Shown here: piece after piece, positions 52,102 to 60,442 of the stretch | Position numbering within the stretch: position 1 is the stretch's first letter | Layout of the letters: each line of letters starts with the position of its first letter | NCBI GenBank assembly: GCA_942492455.1 | Contig: CALOFE010000007.1 | Coordinates: forward strand, 406,958-470,957 | Length of the DNA stretch: 64,000 bases | Direction of reading: 5' to 3' | Source of the DNA: an uncultured Planctomycetaceae bacterium | GTDB lineage: Bacteria > Planctomycetota > Planctomycetia > Planctomycetales > Planctomycetaceae | The notes under the pieces: model-generated | What the model saw: the letters and a program-made list of their open reading frames with translations, nothing else | What the model was told of the DNA's origin: nothing | Database searches by the model: none | Translations under genes and position numbers: made by a program

Positions 52102-52203
52102 CTTCGCGATTTTCCGCATAAGCGAATTGGTCCGCGGGCGTGACCTCACTACAATGCACTCTGGCTAAGTCACTCCAGAGCGGCAACAGAAAGGGTCTCC
52201 CGC

Positions 52204-52566
52204 ATGGCTGAAAGTTTTCGCGAGGAATTGGAAACTTTTGAAAACCAGTTTCCTGATCGCGACTATACAATCGAAACGATTTGCCCCGAATTTACGTCAG
52301 TCTGTCCCAAGACCGGGCAGCCCGATTTTGGCGAACTGACGATTACGTACGTTCCCGACAAATTGTGCTTCGAGCTAAAGTCACTCAAAATGTACCTGCA
52401 GCGTTTTCGCAACCACGGTGCATTTTACGAGCATGTCACCAACCTCATTTTGGATGACCTGGTTGCCGTCACGCAACCCCGCTCGATGACGGTTCACGCG
52501 GCGTTTACACCGCGCGGCGGCATCCGTACCAATGTGATTGCGCAGTACACTGCCGAAAATCAATAA
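52204..52566 (+). CDS. queF: NADPH-dependent 7-cyano-7-deazaguanine reductase (unimodular QueF)
   Basis: [27 protein letters not shown] and PRGGI. Confidence 0.96.
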   Translation: MAESFREELETFENQFPDRDYTIETICPEFTSVCPKTGQPDFGELTITYVPDKLCFELKSLKMYLQRFRNHGAFYEHVTNLILDDLVAVTQPRSMTVHAAFTPRGGIRTNVIAQYTAENQ

Positions 52567-52600
52567 AAAAAGCCCGACCGCGTTGTCGCGGCCGGGCGGA
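52565..52600. terminator. intrinsic terminator between convergent queF and peroxidase
   Basis: aaaaaaaGCCCGACCGCG-ttgt-CGCGGCCGGGC. Confidence 0.7.
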
Positions 52601-52642
52601 TTCGATTTTGATTTCCCCCTGTGTGGGGCGAATCGAAAGGTC

Positions 52643-54145
52643 CTACTTGGGTAGTCGGTTGCGCTCAACTTTGGGGAACGGTCCCGTGAGCGCTTTCATG
52701 AATGCCACCAGATCCGCCTTGTCCTGATCGGTCAGGTCCAGCTTTTTGATCTTATCGCTCAGGTGCGGATTGGGGTGACCTCCCTTAGCGTACCATTCGA
52801 CGACCTCTTCCAGCGTCTGCTGGCTGCCGTCGTGCATGTAGGGAGCGGAAAATTCCACATTGCGTAATGTGGGGGTCTTGAATGCGCCGCGGTGCTTTTC
52901 ATCTTTGGATTCCGTGAAACGGCCGAGATCCGGATCGTCGGCATCCATCCCCACACCGAGATTGTGATATTGCTCGTCGGTGAAGTTTGCACCGGCGTGG
53001 CAGGCTTTGCAGTCGGTTTTTTGTTCGTCAAAGAACAGCGCCCAACCGCGTTGTGCGCTTTCCGACATCGGATGAGCCTCCGCGTCTTTTTTGGCCTGCT
53101 CGATTTCCGCATAGAACTCCGGATCATCGGTTTTGATTTCGGCCAACTCTTCGTCGCTCAGATCGGCAAACCGCTTGGCATTCTCGGCATAGTCAAACGG
53201 TGATGCGCCGGTGACGATCACGCGTTCGAATGAGGCGAGAGCGCGGCCGACGTTGTCGATCGTGACCCCTTCGTCACCAAAAATCGACTCAAATTGCAAA
53301 CGATAACCTTCGATGCCCTTTAGGCATACCACGCACGCGTCGTGTGTGTTGCCCATTTCGATGGGGTTGGCGATCGGTCCGACTGCTTGTGCTTCCAGCG
53401 ATTCGGCACGGCCATCCCAAAATTGTTTGTCGCTCAAAATACGATTGTAGCTGACCGGCGAATTGCGGCCGCCCTCTTGTCCGTCGACACCCACACCAAA
53501 TTGGGTCTGTCGCGCATATCCTTCATCGGGGTCATGGCAACTGGCGCAACTGACGGTAACGTCCGAGGAGAGCCGTGGATCGAAGTACAACTGGCGGCCC
53601 AACTCGATTTTGGCAAGCGTCAGAGGATTTTCGTCAAGACCCTTAATCGCTGCTTGAGCGGAGGCCATGCCCAACGGCAACTCAAAGTCGATGACTTCGT
53701 GGTTTTTGGGGTCTTCGAGCCATTTTTTAATTTCCTCAGTTGTCAGCGGTCCTTCGCCCGGAATTCCAGCAGTGAGAGGCGAGTCGACCGTCGGCGGCTT
53801 TGCCGTTGCAGCTTTGGCAGGAGCCGCTGGTTTTTTCTCAGCAGCCGGTTTCTCGGCGGCCGGTTTCTTTTCGGTAGCGGGTTCAGCCGGCGCCTTGGCG
53901 ACCACCGTTTCTTTTGGCGTCACGTCTTCCTTGGCTACTGGCTCTGCTTCTGGTTCGGTGGTTGCATCGGCGACCTCTTTGGTTGCCGGTTCATTGGTTG
54001 TTTCGGATTCGACTTGGGCATCGGTTGAAGCGGCGGTCGAGGAACCGGGCGTGGCTGCATCGTCCTTTTTCGCCGCGCATCCCGGCATGATTGCCATGAG
54101 CAACACGGCGCACAGCCATGTTGCGGGTTGGTTTCGTAATTGCAT
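52643..54145 (-). CDS. di-heme cytochrome c peroxidase (bCcP/MauG family), lipoprotein
   Basis: Lipobox-like MPGC, Ala/Pro/Glu/Lys tether, CASCH and CKACH, QFWDGRA, FKTPTLRN and PYMHDG; AGGAGGTG RBS. Confidence 0.93.
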   Translation of the reverse strand: MQLRNQPATWLCAVLLMAIMPGCAAKKDDAATPGSSTAASTDAQVESETTNEPATKEVADATTEPEAEPVAKEDVTPKETVVAKAPAEPATEKKPAAEKPAAEKKPAAPAKAATAKPPTVDSPLTAGIPGEGPLTTEEIKKWLEDPKNHEVIDFELPLGMASAQAAIKGLDENPLTLAKIELGRQLYFDPRLSSDVTVSCASCHDPDEGYARQTQFGVGVDGQEGGRNSPVSYNRILSDKQFWDGRAESLEAQAVGPIANPIEMGNTHDACVVCLKGIEGYRLQFESIFGDEGVTIDNVGRALASFERVIVTGASPFDYAENAKRFADLSDEELAEIKTDDPEFYAEIEQAKKDAEAHPMSESAQRGWALFFDEQKTDCKACHAGANFTDEQYHNLGVGMDADDPDLGRFTESKDEKHRGAFKTPTLRNVEFSAPYMHDGSQQTLEEVVEWYAKGGHPNPHLSDKIKKLDLTDQDKADLVAFMKALTGPFPKVERNRLPK

Positions 54146-54257
54146 TCATTCACCTCCTGGATTTAATAGCGGATATCTCGGTTATCTATTTGCCTTGGCA
54201 ACTTGTAAATCACAACACCGGCGAGGCACTGGTGTTGATCTTCATGTTTCATTGTCT

Positions 54258-54851
54258 CTATTTCTTGGCCAGTTCCGCTTCGACAGCTTTGATCACCTCG
54301 GGGGCATCGGGCTTGACGGGAGTGCGGAAGCGGGCAACGACTTTTCCGTCGCGGTTGATCAGGAACTTCTCGAAGTTCCACTTCACGTCTCCAGTGTCCT
54401 TCAATCCGGTTTTGTCGGACGTCAGGAATTTGTACAGCGGGGCAGCATCTTCGCCGTTGACGTCGACCTTCGAAAACATGTCAAACTTCACGCCATAGTT
54501 CTCTTCGCAGAACGCGATAATCTCCTCACTCGTGCCGGGCTCTTGTTCGCCGAATTGATTGCAGGGGAATCCGAGAACCGCCAGCCCTTTTTCGCCATAT
54601 TTTTCGTGCAACTCTTCCAATTGTTTGTACTGCTTGGTTGCTCCACATTGGCTAGCCGTGTTGACGATGAATAAGACCTTGCCCTTGTACTTAGACAGGT
54701 CGACTTTTTTGCCTGTGAGCGATTTCATCTCTTGGCTGAACACCGGATGCTCCTTTTTTTTGCCTGAGTCTTTTTCTTTGTCCTTGGCGGCGAAGCTCAA
54801 CGAGGCCAACACCATGACCAGGCCGGTGGCGGCAATCAATGATAGTTTCAT
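54258..54851 (-). CDS. exported glutathione peroxidase-family (Cys) peroxidase
   Basis: VNTASQCG, GFPCNQFGEQEPG and KWNFEKFL; signal peptide. Confidence 0.95.
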   Translation of the reverse strand: MKLSLIAATGLVMVLASLSFAAKDKEKDSGKKKEHPVFSQEMKSLTGKKVDLSKYKGKVLFIVNTASQCGATKQYKQLEELHEKYGEKGLAVLGFPCNQFGEQEPGTSEEIIAFCEENYGVKFDMFSKVDVNGEDAAPLYKFLTSDKTGLKDTGDVKWNFEKFLINRDGKVVARFRTPVKPDAPEVIKAVEAELAKK

Positions 54852-54921
54852 GTGAGGTTCCTTTCCCGCCGGCCAGGTACGTAAAGTCGCTCGCCGACGA
54901 AATCTAGTAGGTGGGAATTTG

Positions 54922-55013
54922 TAGAACCAGTTTCAAAACCCGGTTGCGCTTGTTCCTGAAACGTTCAGACCAGTGTCAGTGGGATGCGTTAGAGGATTTT
55001 GAAACTACTTGTA
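54922..55013. mobile_element. ~90-bp MITE-like dispersed repeat, copy 2 (opposite orientation)
   Basis: agtttcaaaaccc...ggattttgaaact ends; internal match to the other two copies. Confidence 0.75.
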
Positions 55014-55039
55014 GGTAGGGTGGCCCGCGCTCAATTATG

Positions 55040-55777
55040 TCACGGCAGCTCGCGAATTCGCAAGTCACGGAATTCTATGGGGGAACCCTCTGATTCCAAG
55101 CACAAATATCCGGTCCGCGGGTCACATTCTGTGCCGCCGGAGACTTCTTCGCCGTTGACCCACAAGCGAACTTCGCCGTTGACCGCTCGGATATAATAGT
55201 GATTCCACTCCCCGACCCCTTTGCTGAGGTTTTTGGAGGGGAAACTGCGACGGCCATTGGGGGCGAAGGGAGGGAACGGCTTCATTTTCGAATTCCCTAC
55301 GGGAAAGACATCGCCGTGCGTCGTGAACCAGTCCGGCTTTTTGCCGTTTTTCTTTTCAAAATTCTCCGCATACCCGTGATCGAGCACCTGGTTTTCGATT
55401 CCGTGCGGCAATTTTCCCGGCTGAAGACCTTCCAGCGAGGCGGGCGGAGTCCAGATGAAAACGCCGGAATTGCCGGCTGATTTCAGGTGCCGCCACTGCA
55501 CGACCAATTCGATGTTGGTGTAGGTCTTGTTTGAACGAATCACACCGACCGGCTTGCCAGTGCAATGGAACGTCCCGTCTTGAAAACTCCAGGTGTCCTT
55601 GTCGCAATTGACGTTGGTGAAATCATCGAGTGTGAGTGATTTCCAGCCGGGCCCTGTGCCATCGATCTTGGCGGCCGTCACGGCAGCCTGTTTTTTGTCC
55701 TCTTCTGCGCGGGAGAACAGCGCTGAGGAAACGAGAATACCGGCAATGAGCAGGATCGAGCCAAAGTGTGTTTTCAT
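55040..55777 (-). CDS. DUF1080 (3-keto-disaccharide hydrolase) family secreted protein
   Basis: NSGVF, E.QVLD, GEWNHY, VNGE and GYLCLESEG..IEFR. Confidence 0.9.
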   Translation of the reverse strand: MKTHFGSILLIAGILVSSALFSRAEEDKKQAAVTAAKIDGTGPGWKSLTLDDFTNVNCDKDTWSFQDGTFHCTGKPVGVIRSNKTYTNIELVVQWRHLKSAGNSGVFIWTPPASLEGLQPGKLPHGIENQVLDHGYAENFEKKNGKKPDWFTTHGDVFPVGNSKMKPFPPFAPNGRRSFPSKNLSKGVGEWNHYYIRAVNGEVRLWVNGEEVSGGTECDPRTGYLCLESEGSPIEFRDLRIRELP

Positions 55778-55932
55778 CAGTAGGTACCGAATCGTGGAAA
55801 GTGCCTGTAAAGAGCGATTATCTCAGCAGGCTATCATACCGAGGCAGCAGCGCGCACGCGAGTCGTAGGAACCGGCGAATAGCAAAGGCCGACCATCAAT
55901 ACTTGCAGACGCGGTGACGCACGCTGCGAGGG

Positions 55933-56256
55933 CTACGTTCCGCTGGATTCGATAATACGTTCCAGGTGTTGCTCGCGACTCTTTTCCAAGCGGAAGGTGA
56001 CTTCCGAGACTTTGCCGTCTTCGTTGGGGACAAAATCGACGATGACCCCCTGTTGGTACAGCGCGTCCCAGCCGGGGTCGACTGCTTGAATCGGATCCCA
56101 GAAACTGAGTCGTTCAAGTCGTTTTAGAGAATTGGTGGTATGTGATTCGGTTTTGATCGACTCAATCGACAATGTGACATCGAACGAACGGCTCTGAAAC
56201 ATCCGTTTTCGTAATGTCACTCCGTATTCCGTCCAACACTTTTTTTCCAGTGGCAA
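55933..56256 (-). CDS. hypothetical protein
   Basis: GGAGG RBS before the TTG start; 107 aa globular composition; downstream of floA. Confidence 0.65.
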   Translation of the reverse strand: MPLEKKCWTEYGVTLRKRMFQSRSFDVTLSIESIKTESHTTNSLKRLERLSFWDPIQAVDPGWDALYQQGVIVDFVPNEDGKVSEVTFRLEKSREQHLERIIESSGT

Positions 56257-56315
56257 AATGAAGTCCTCCGAATCTGCTTGGTTGTAGCCCCTACGACCGA
56301 AACTTCAGTTGTAGT

Positions 56316-57311
56316 TTAATGGCCATTGTCTTCCAAACGAAACCCCGTAAACGCGACGCTCTTGCGTCCGGTCTCCGAGGGTTCGTCCATTCCCAGTTGG
56401 CCCGCCCGAAATGCATGAGCAATCGCGGCGGGGACTTGCGCCTCCGCTAGGACAACCCGTGCTTGGTTTTCGCGCGTGAGCGCCTTCATTTCTTGTTCAA
56501 AAGCGATAGCGGCTGCGAGGCGTTCTTCGGCCTTGGCGCGGGCGATACGGATGTCGGCCTCCGCCTGATCGGTTTGCAAGCGTGCACCCACGTTTTCGGC
56601 CACGTCGATGTCGGCAATGTCGATGGAAACAATCGAAAAGGCCGTTTGCGAATCCAAACCGCGTTCCATGACTTGATGGCTGATGCGGACCGGTTCGGCC
56701 AGTGCTTCGGCATAGGTTTCGCAAGACCCGATCGCCGAAACGACCCCTTCACCAATCCGGGCGATGACCGTTTGTTCCGTGGCACCGCCGATTAACTGCA
56801 GGAGGTTGGTGCGGACGGTCACGCGGACGCGGACTTTGAGTTGAATCCCGTCCTTGGCGACAGCGGAGACCATCGCGGCTCCCGCAACGTCTGGGTCGGG
56901 ACAATCAATGACCTTGGGATTCACGCTGACTTGGACTGCTTCCAGGACATTGCGGCCGGCAAGATCAATGGCAGCGGCCGTGTCCCAATTGAGACTGATT
57001 TTGGCGCGATGCGCGACAATCAGTGCAAGGACCACTTGCGGCAAGTTCCCCCCGGCCAGCACATGGGCCTCCAGCGCTTGCGTCGTGATCGAATCCAGCC
57101 CGGCCTGTACCGTCATCACCTTCGCTTCCACGATGGTCCGCGGATTGACTTTTCGAAGCGACATCATCACTAACGCTGCCATGCTGATTCGCGTACCGGT
57201 GACAGTTGCCCACAACCAAAGGCGAAAGTACTTGCCGACTAAGAACAGGCTGCCCAACGCAATCAGCGCCAGGATAGCCATAACAAGCCATTTAAGCAGA
57301 TCCGGAATCAT
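56316..57311 (-). CDS. floA: flotillin-like protein FloA (YqfA/UPF0365)
   Basis: LEAHVLAGGN, AIDLAGR, SVNPKVID, AKDGIQLK, RIGEGVVSAIGS and SIDIADIDV. Confidence 0.93.
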   Translation of the reverse strand: MIPDLLKWLVMAILALIALGSLFLVGKYFRLWLWATVTGTRISMAALVMMSLRKVNPRTIVEAKVMTVQAGLDSITTQALEAHVLAGGNLPQVVLALIVAHRAKISLNWDTAAAIDLAGRNVLEAVQVSVNPKVIDCPDPDVAGAAMVSAVAKDGIQLKVRVRVTVRTNLLQLIGGATEQTVIARIGEGVVSAIGSCETYAEALAEPVRISHQVMERGLDSQTAFSIVSIDIADIDVAENVGARLQTDQAEADIRIARAKAEERLAAAIAFEQEMKALTRENQARVVLAEAQVPAAIAHAFRAGQLGMDEPSETGRKSVAFTGFRLEDNGH

Positions 57312-57319
57312 GGCCCGCC

Positions 57320-57607
57320 TTAGTCACGTTTGGTGGCGGTCAGAATTTGCCCGCATTGGCATATGGTTTTACGCACGTGAACGACCGCTTTGCATTTGCG
57401 GCACAGCCTTTGCCATGCATGCAGCCCTGATGTGCTCTTGGGTTCGACCGGTTTGGGGGAACGTTTGTATTCAGCCAAGCGTTCCGCATCGGCTTGCTCA
57501 GCCGCACACTGTGGGTGAATGCCTTCGGCGGAATAACTCGTAAAACCACAGACGGGGCAACGTTTCCGTAATGGAGCCGAATACAAAGGGACCGGCTTAC
57601 TTATCAT
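57320..57607 (-). CDS. small double zinc-ribbon protein
   Basis: CPVC..HPQC and CRKC..CQC; GGAG RBS; ends 8 bp before floA. Confidence 0.7.
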   Translation of the reverse strand: MISKPVPLYSAPLRKRCPVCGFTSYSAEGIHPQCAAEQADAERLAEYKRSPKPVEPKSTSGLHAWQRLCRKCKAVVHVRKTICQCGQILTATKRD

Positions 57608-58024
57608 CTGCATCTCCGATAACAATTGACCGATCTAAATAGATTGCGAAGTGCAAGTTGTGTGATAGCCGTGCAGCGACTCAATCGTCGCAGGCATCAC
57701 ATTCCGGTCCTTGACTTGCGATTATTCTTTCTGCGACCGACTCGTGAACCAATCTCTGATCGATAGACCTGGAAAGATTGGTCTCTCCAACTTGCAGTGA
57801 CCCGTTATGTTTGTTTTCTCCAGCGAAATAAAAACCCCGCCCCCCAAGTCGCAAAACCAACAGGCAAGCGATTTGGCCGCGAGACAGTCGCATGTTTCGG
57901 TGCTGTCGCGTCGTATGGACAACAACGAAACTCATCACTGTATGTGAAAACGTGAAAAACCAATTGCCGCCCAGAGGGGCGGACGCCGCGCGTCGACGAT
58001 GAAAAACTCGCCGACAATGTGCAC

Positions 58025-58058
58025 TTGCATTTTTAGCACATACAAATATAGTATGTGC
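58025..58058 (+). promoter_or_regulatory. sigma70-like promoter overlapped by an 8-7-8 palindromic operator
   Basis: TTGCAT-N16-TATAGT; GCACATAC-aaatata-GTATGTGC at 58036-58058. Confidence 0.55.
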
Positions 58059-58092
58059 AAACCCGTTGGTTGTCAACGGTAGGAGCCAAACC

Positions 58093-58668
58093 ATGGAAAA
58101 TGTCGTCTTAACGCGCGAAGTCTTTCTTGAGGATCGACAAGGAAAAACCTTTGCCGACGTTGTCAACGACCCGGACCAACCCTTTGATGCCGTCCTTGAA
58201 TTTTTCAGCTCTGCTGATCGGCAGCGGCGTATGGAGGAGGCTGAGATTCATCATGACCGGTCCCCTTTGGCCGGTGTTGTCCGGGAATTAGAAGCCACGC
58301 CGATTATTGATCAGTTTTTGAGCGAGATTCATACGCGTCGCAGCAATCGGTTACGGCAAGCGATCGGCGTGGTGGTGCGAATCGTCATGCAACGCCGCGG
58401 TTGGCGAAAAACTGGCCGGAAAGGGTCCCTGGGCGTGCGTGCAGCAAAAACCGAGAAGCGGTCGCCGCATCACAATACGGGGGGCTTAGCATTTTGGTTC
58501 ATTCGCGGCGAGCGGTATGAACTTGAGGACGGAATGCCCTATCAGTCGGTCCGCGAACGCTGTAAAGCCTTTGAAACCGATACACTGAGCGACGCGCCCA
58601 ATAAGCCTAAGCAAGACAACAATTCCAACAGAAAACCAAAGTCAACAAATTCAGCGGCGGTGAATTGA
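58093..58668 (+). CDS. conserved hypothetical protein, basic, possibly nucleic-acid binding
   Basis: AGGAG RBS; LAGVVRELE and RQAIGVVVRIVMQRRGWRKTGRKGSLGVR. Confidence 0.75.
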   Translation: MENVVLTREVFLEDRQGKTFADVVNDPDQPFDAVLEFFSSADRQRRMEEAEIHHDRSPLAGVVRELEATPIIDQFLSEIHTRRSNRLRQAIGVVVRIVMQRRGWRKTGRKGSLGVRAAKTEKRSPHHNTGGLAFWFIRGERYELEDGMPYQSVRERCKAFETDTLSDAPNKPKQDNNSNRKPKSTNSAAVN

Positions 58669-58933
58669 GGATCTCGATGACTTCCCCAGGCGTCGTCTTG
58701 AACAACTGCCCTGGATGTTGGATCAGACGAGGAATCAACAGGCAAGGAAGCAGCGTTTGCGATCGTTACTTTGCGATGCACCGCGACAGCGATAGTAGAT
58801 GAATTGAAATGAACTGATGCCTGACCGGCGGATACGTTGTAGTGACCGCTGTGGTGCAGGTGTTTCTCACAATCGGCCGCAGGGGGACAATGAGCCCCCG
58901 GCCGCTAGTGCGACAACTGAATGGAGAACAAAC

Positions 58934-59149
58934 ATCGCCAAGAATCAAAATACCTACGCCAAACGTCAACGGGAAATGGAAAAGAAAGTCAAAGCCGAAC
59001 AGAAACGGGCACGCCGTCTCCAGCGTAAAAATGGCATCCCGGCGGATATCAGGACAGATGATTCCGAGTCGCCGGACGGTTTAGAAGCTTCGGATGAAGA
59101 GGTCGCTGCGGACGTCGAAAAAGACGTCGATCTCGATCCTCCTGCCTGA
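58934..59149 (+). CDS. small basic coiled-coil protein with acidic tail; probable AUC start
   Basis: GGAG-aacaaac-ATC-GCC-AAG gives (M)AKNQNTYAKRQREMEKKVKAEQKRARR. Confidence 0.6.
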   Translation: MAKNQNTYAKRQREMEKKVKAEQKRARRLQRKNGIPADIRTDDSESPDGLEASDEEVAADVEKDVDLDPPA

Positions 59150-59282
59150 AATGAGACGTTGCGTTGTGTATGCCTGGTAGCCGCTGTGTTTGTTAGTGCA
59201 TACGAGCAAACGCAGCAGAAATGCACCGGATTGAATCGTCTCGGTGAATCCAACGTCGTCGGTGGTGGGAGTCGCTCTTGTT

Positions 59283-59374
59283 ATGACCAGTCGTTGCAAA
59301 ACCCTCTGACGCGTCTCGCTGACACTGATCTGAGCGTTTCGAGAACAAGCGCAACCCGGTTTTGAACTGGTTCT
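59283..59374. mobile_element. ~90-bp MITE-like dispersed repeat, copy 3
   Basis: gttgcaaaaccctctgacgcg...gctgacactgatctgagcgtttcgagaacaagcgcaacccggttttgaactggttct. Confidence 0.75.
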
Positions 59375-59689
59375 CGTCAAAAAGTGTTTGGCACTCACAA
59401 TTGCACGAATCGCAGCGCGTCGCATATAACGTCAAATCTAGGTTGGACGGTCCGTCTGTCTCGAAATTCATGTCTCATCTGATGCAATTGCTAAGCCGTG
59501 AGCGTGTACTATCGCGGCGTTTGAGTTGCTTTGTAGCGGTCGACAGCCTTTGATTGCTGGATGGTTCGATGGACTGGGACGGTATATTCAATTGCGTTTG
59601 GAAAACGCGGATGTTGCCTGAACAGGGTTGCTTTGTGACCCATAGTCTGGCAGAACGAATTCGACCGAGGCTGACTTAAGGAACTAGGG

Positions 59690-60382
59690 ATGTCATTCGT
59701 AAGGAGGGTTGAAGCTTGGTTGCTGGCATTTTCTATGCTGGCATTGCGGGCTACGTGCCGGATTAAGTTGCACAACGACCCGCGGCCTGCGCTCAAGTCA
59801 TCGCAAACGGACTACGTCTATTCGATATTGCACGCCCATCAGGTGTCAGCGGCCATCGAGCGTGAGAAGGGGACAGCGGCCATGGTGTCGCAGTCGACCG
59901 ATGGCGATTTGCTCTTACCGGGATTTTGGGTATTGGGTATCAAGCCCATTCGTGGCTCAAATCGCGCTCATAACCAAGACAAGGGTGGACGTTCGGCGCT
60001 GAACGAGTTGATTGCGCATGTCCAGGGAGGATCGCCCGCCTATATCGCAGTCGACGGTCCCCGCGGACCACGCAACCATATCCGTAAAGGGATCGCGGTG
60101 TTGTCGCGTGAAACCAATGCCACCGTATTGAACATTATCGCTGTTCCTACGCGGCGGTGGATTTTGCGAAAAACGTGGGATCGGCTGCAGATTCCCAAAC
60201 CATTTTGTCGCATCGATGCCTATTTCGCTGAGCCGTTGCAGCCTACAGAATCAGAGACCGTCGAAGAGTATCGCCGTCGCATTCAAACTTCGCTCAATGA
60301 GTTGGAGGCGAATTACGACGGGGATGAACCGGTTCAAGCAGCCGCACTGCGAAAAGCGAAGGCCGCCCAAACGGCGGACTGA
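59690..60382 (+). CDS. DUF374 / lysophospholipid acyltransferase family protein
   Basis: MVSQSTDG, IRGS, AVDGPRGP and WDRLQIPKPF. Confidence 0.88.
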   Translation: MSFVRRVEAWLLAFSMLALRATCRIKLHNDPRPALKSSQTDYVYSILHAHQVSAAIEREKGTAAMVSQSTDGDLLLPGFWVLGIKPIRGSNRAHNQDKGGRSALNELIAHVQGGSPAYIAVDGPRGPRNHIRKGIAVLSRETNATVLNIIAVPTRRWILRKTWDRLQIPKPFCRIDAYFAEPLQPTESETVEEYRRRIQTSLNELEANYDGDEPVQAAALRKAKAAQTAD

Positions 60383-60442
60383 TCGGTTCGGCGGAGCAGG
60401 CTTGATTTCAACGGTTTCGGCTGGTGGGGATGATCCGCGACT

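Noticed and set aside
52159-52200. preQ1 riboswitch upstream of queF (ctctgg-N10-ccagag hairpin)
   Set aside because: The loop lacks the conserved preQ1-I nucleotides and the 3' tail is not the required A-rich tract; a cmscan would settle it
53667-54674. 335-aa + strand ORF and similar long antisense ORFs (e.g. 24056-24973, 5164-5910, 33892-34617)
   Set aside because: Shadow frames of well-supported genes in GC-rich DNA, with no motifs of their own
54258-54851. Selenocysteine in the glutathione peroxidase
   Set aside because: The active-site codon is TGT (Cys) and there is no in-frame TGA
57630-58020. Riboswitch in the long leader upstream of the zinc-ribbon/floA operon
   Set aside because: Only scattered short hairpins; no recognisable aptamer consensus or terminator
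55800-59700. Genomic island, prophage or defence locus
   Set aside because: No integrase, tRNA/att repeats, phage genes or recognisable defence domains
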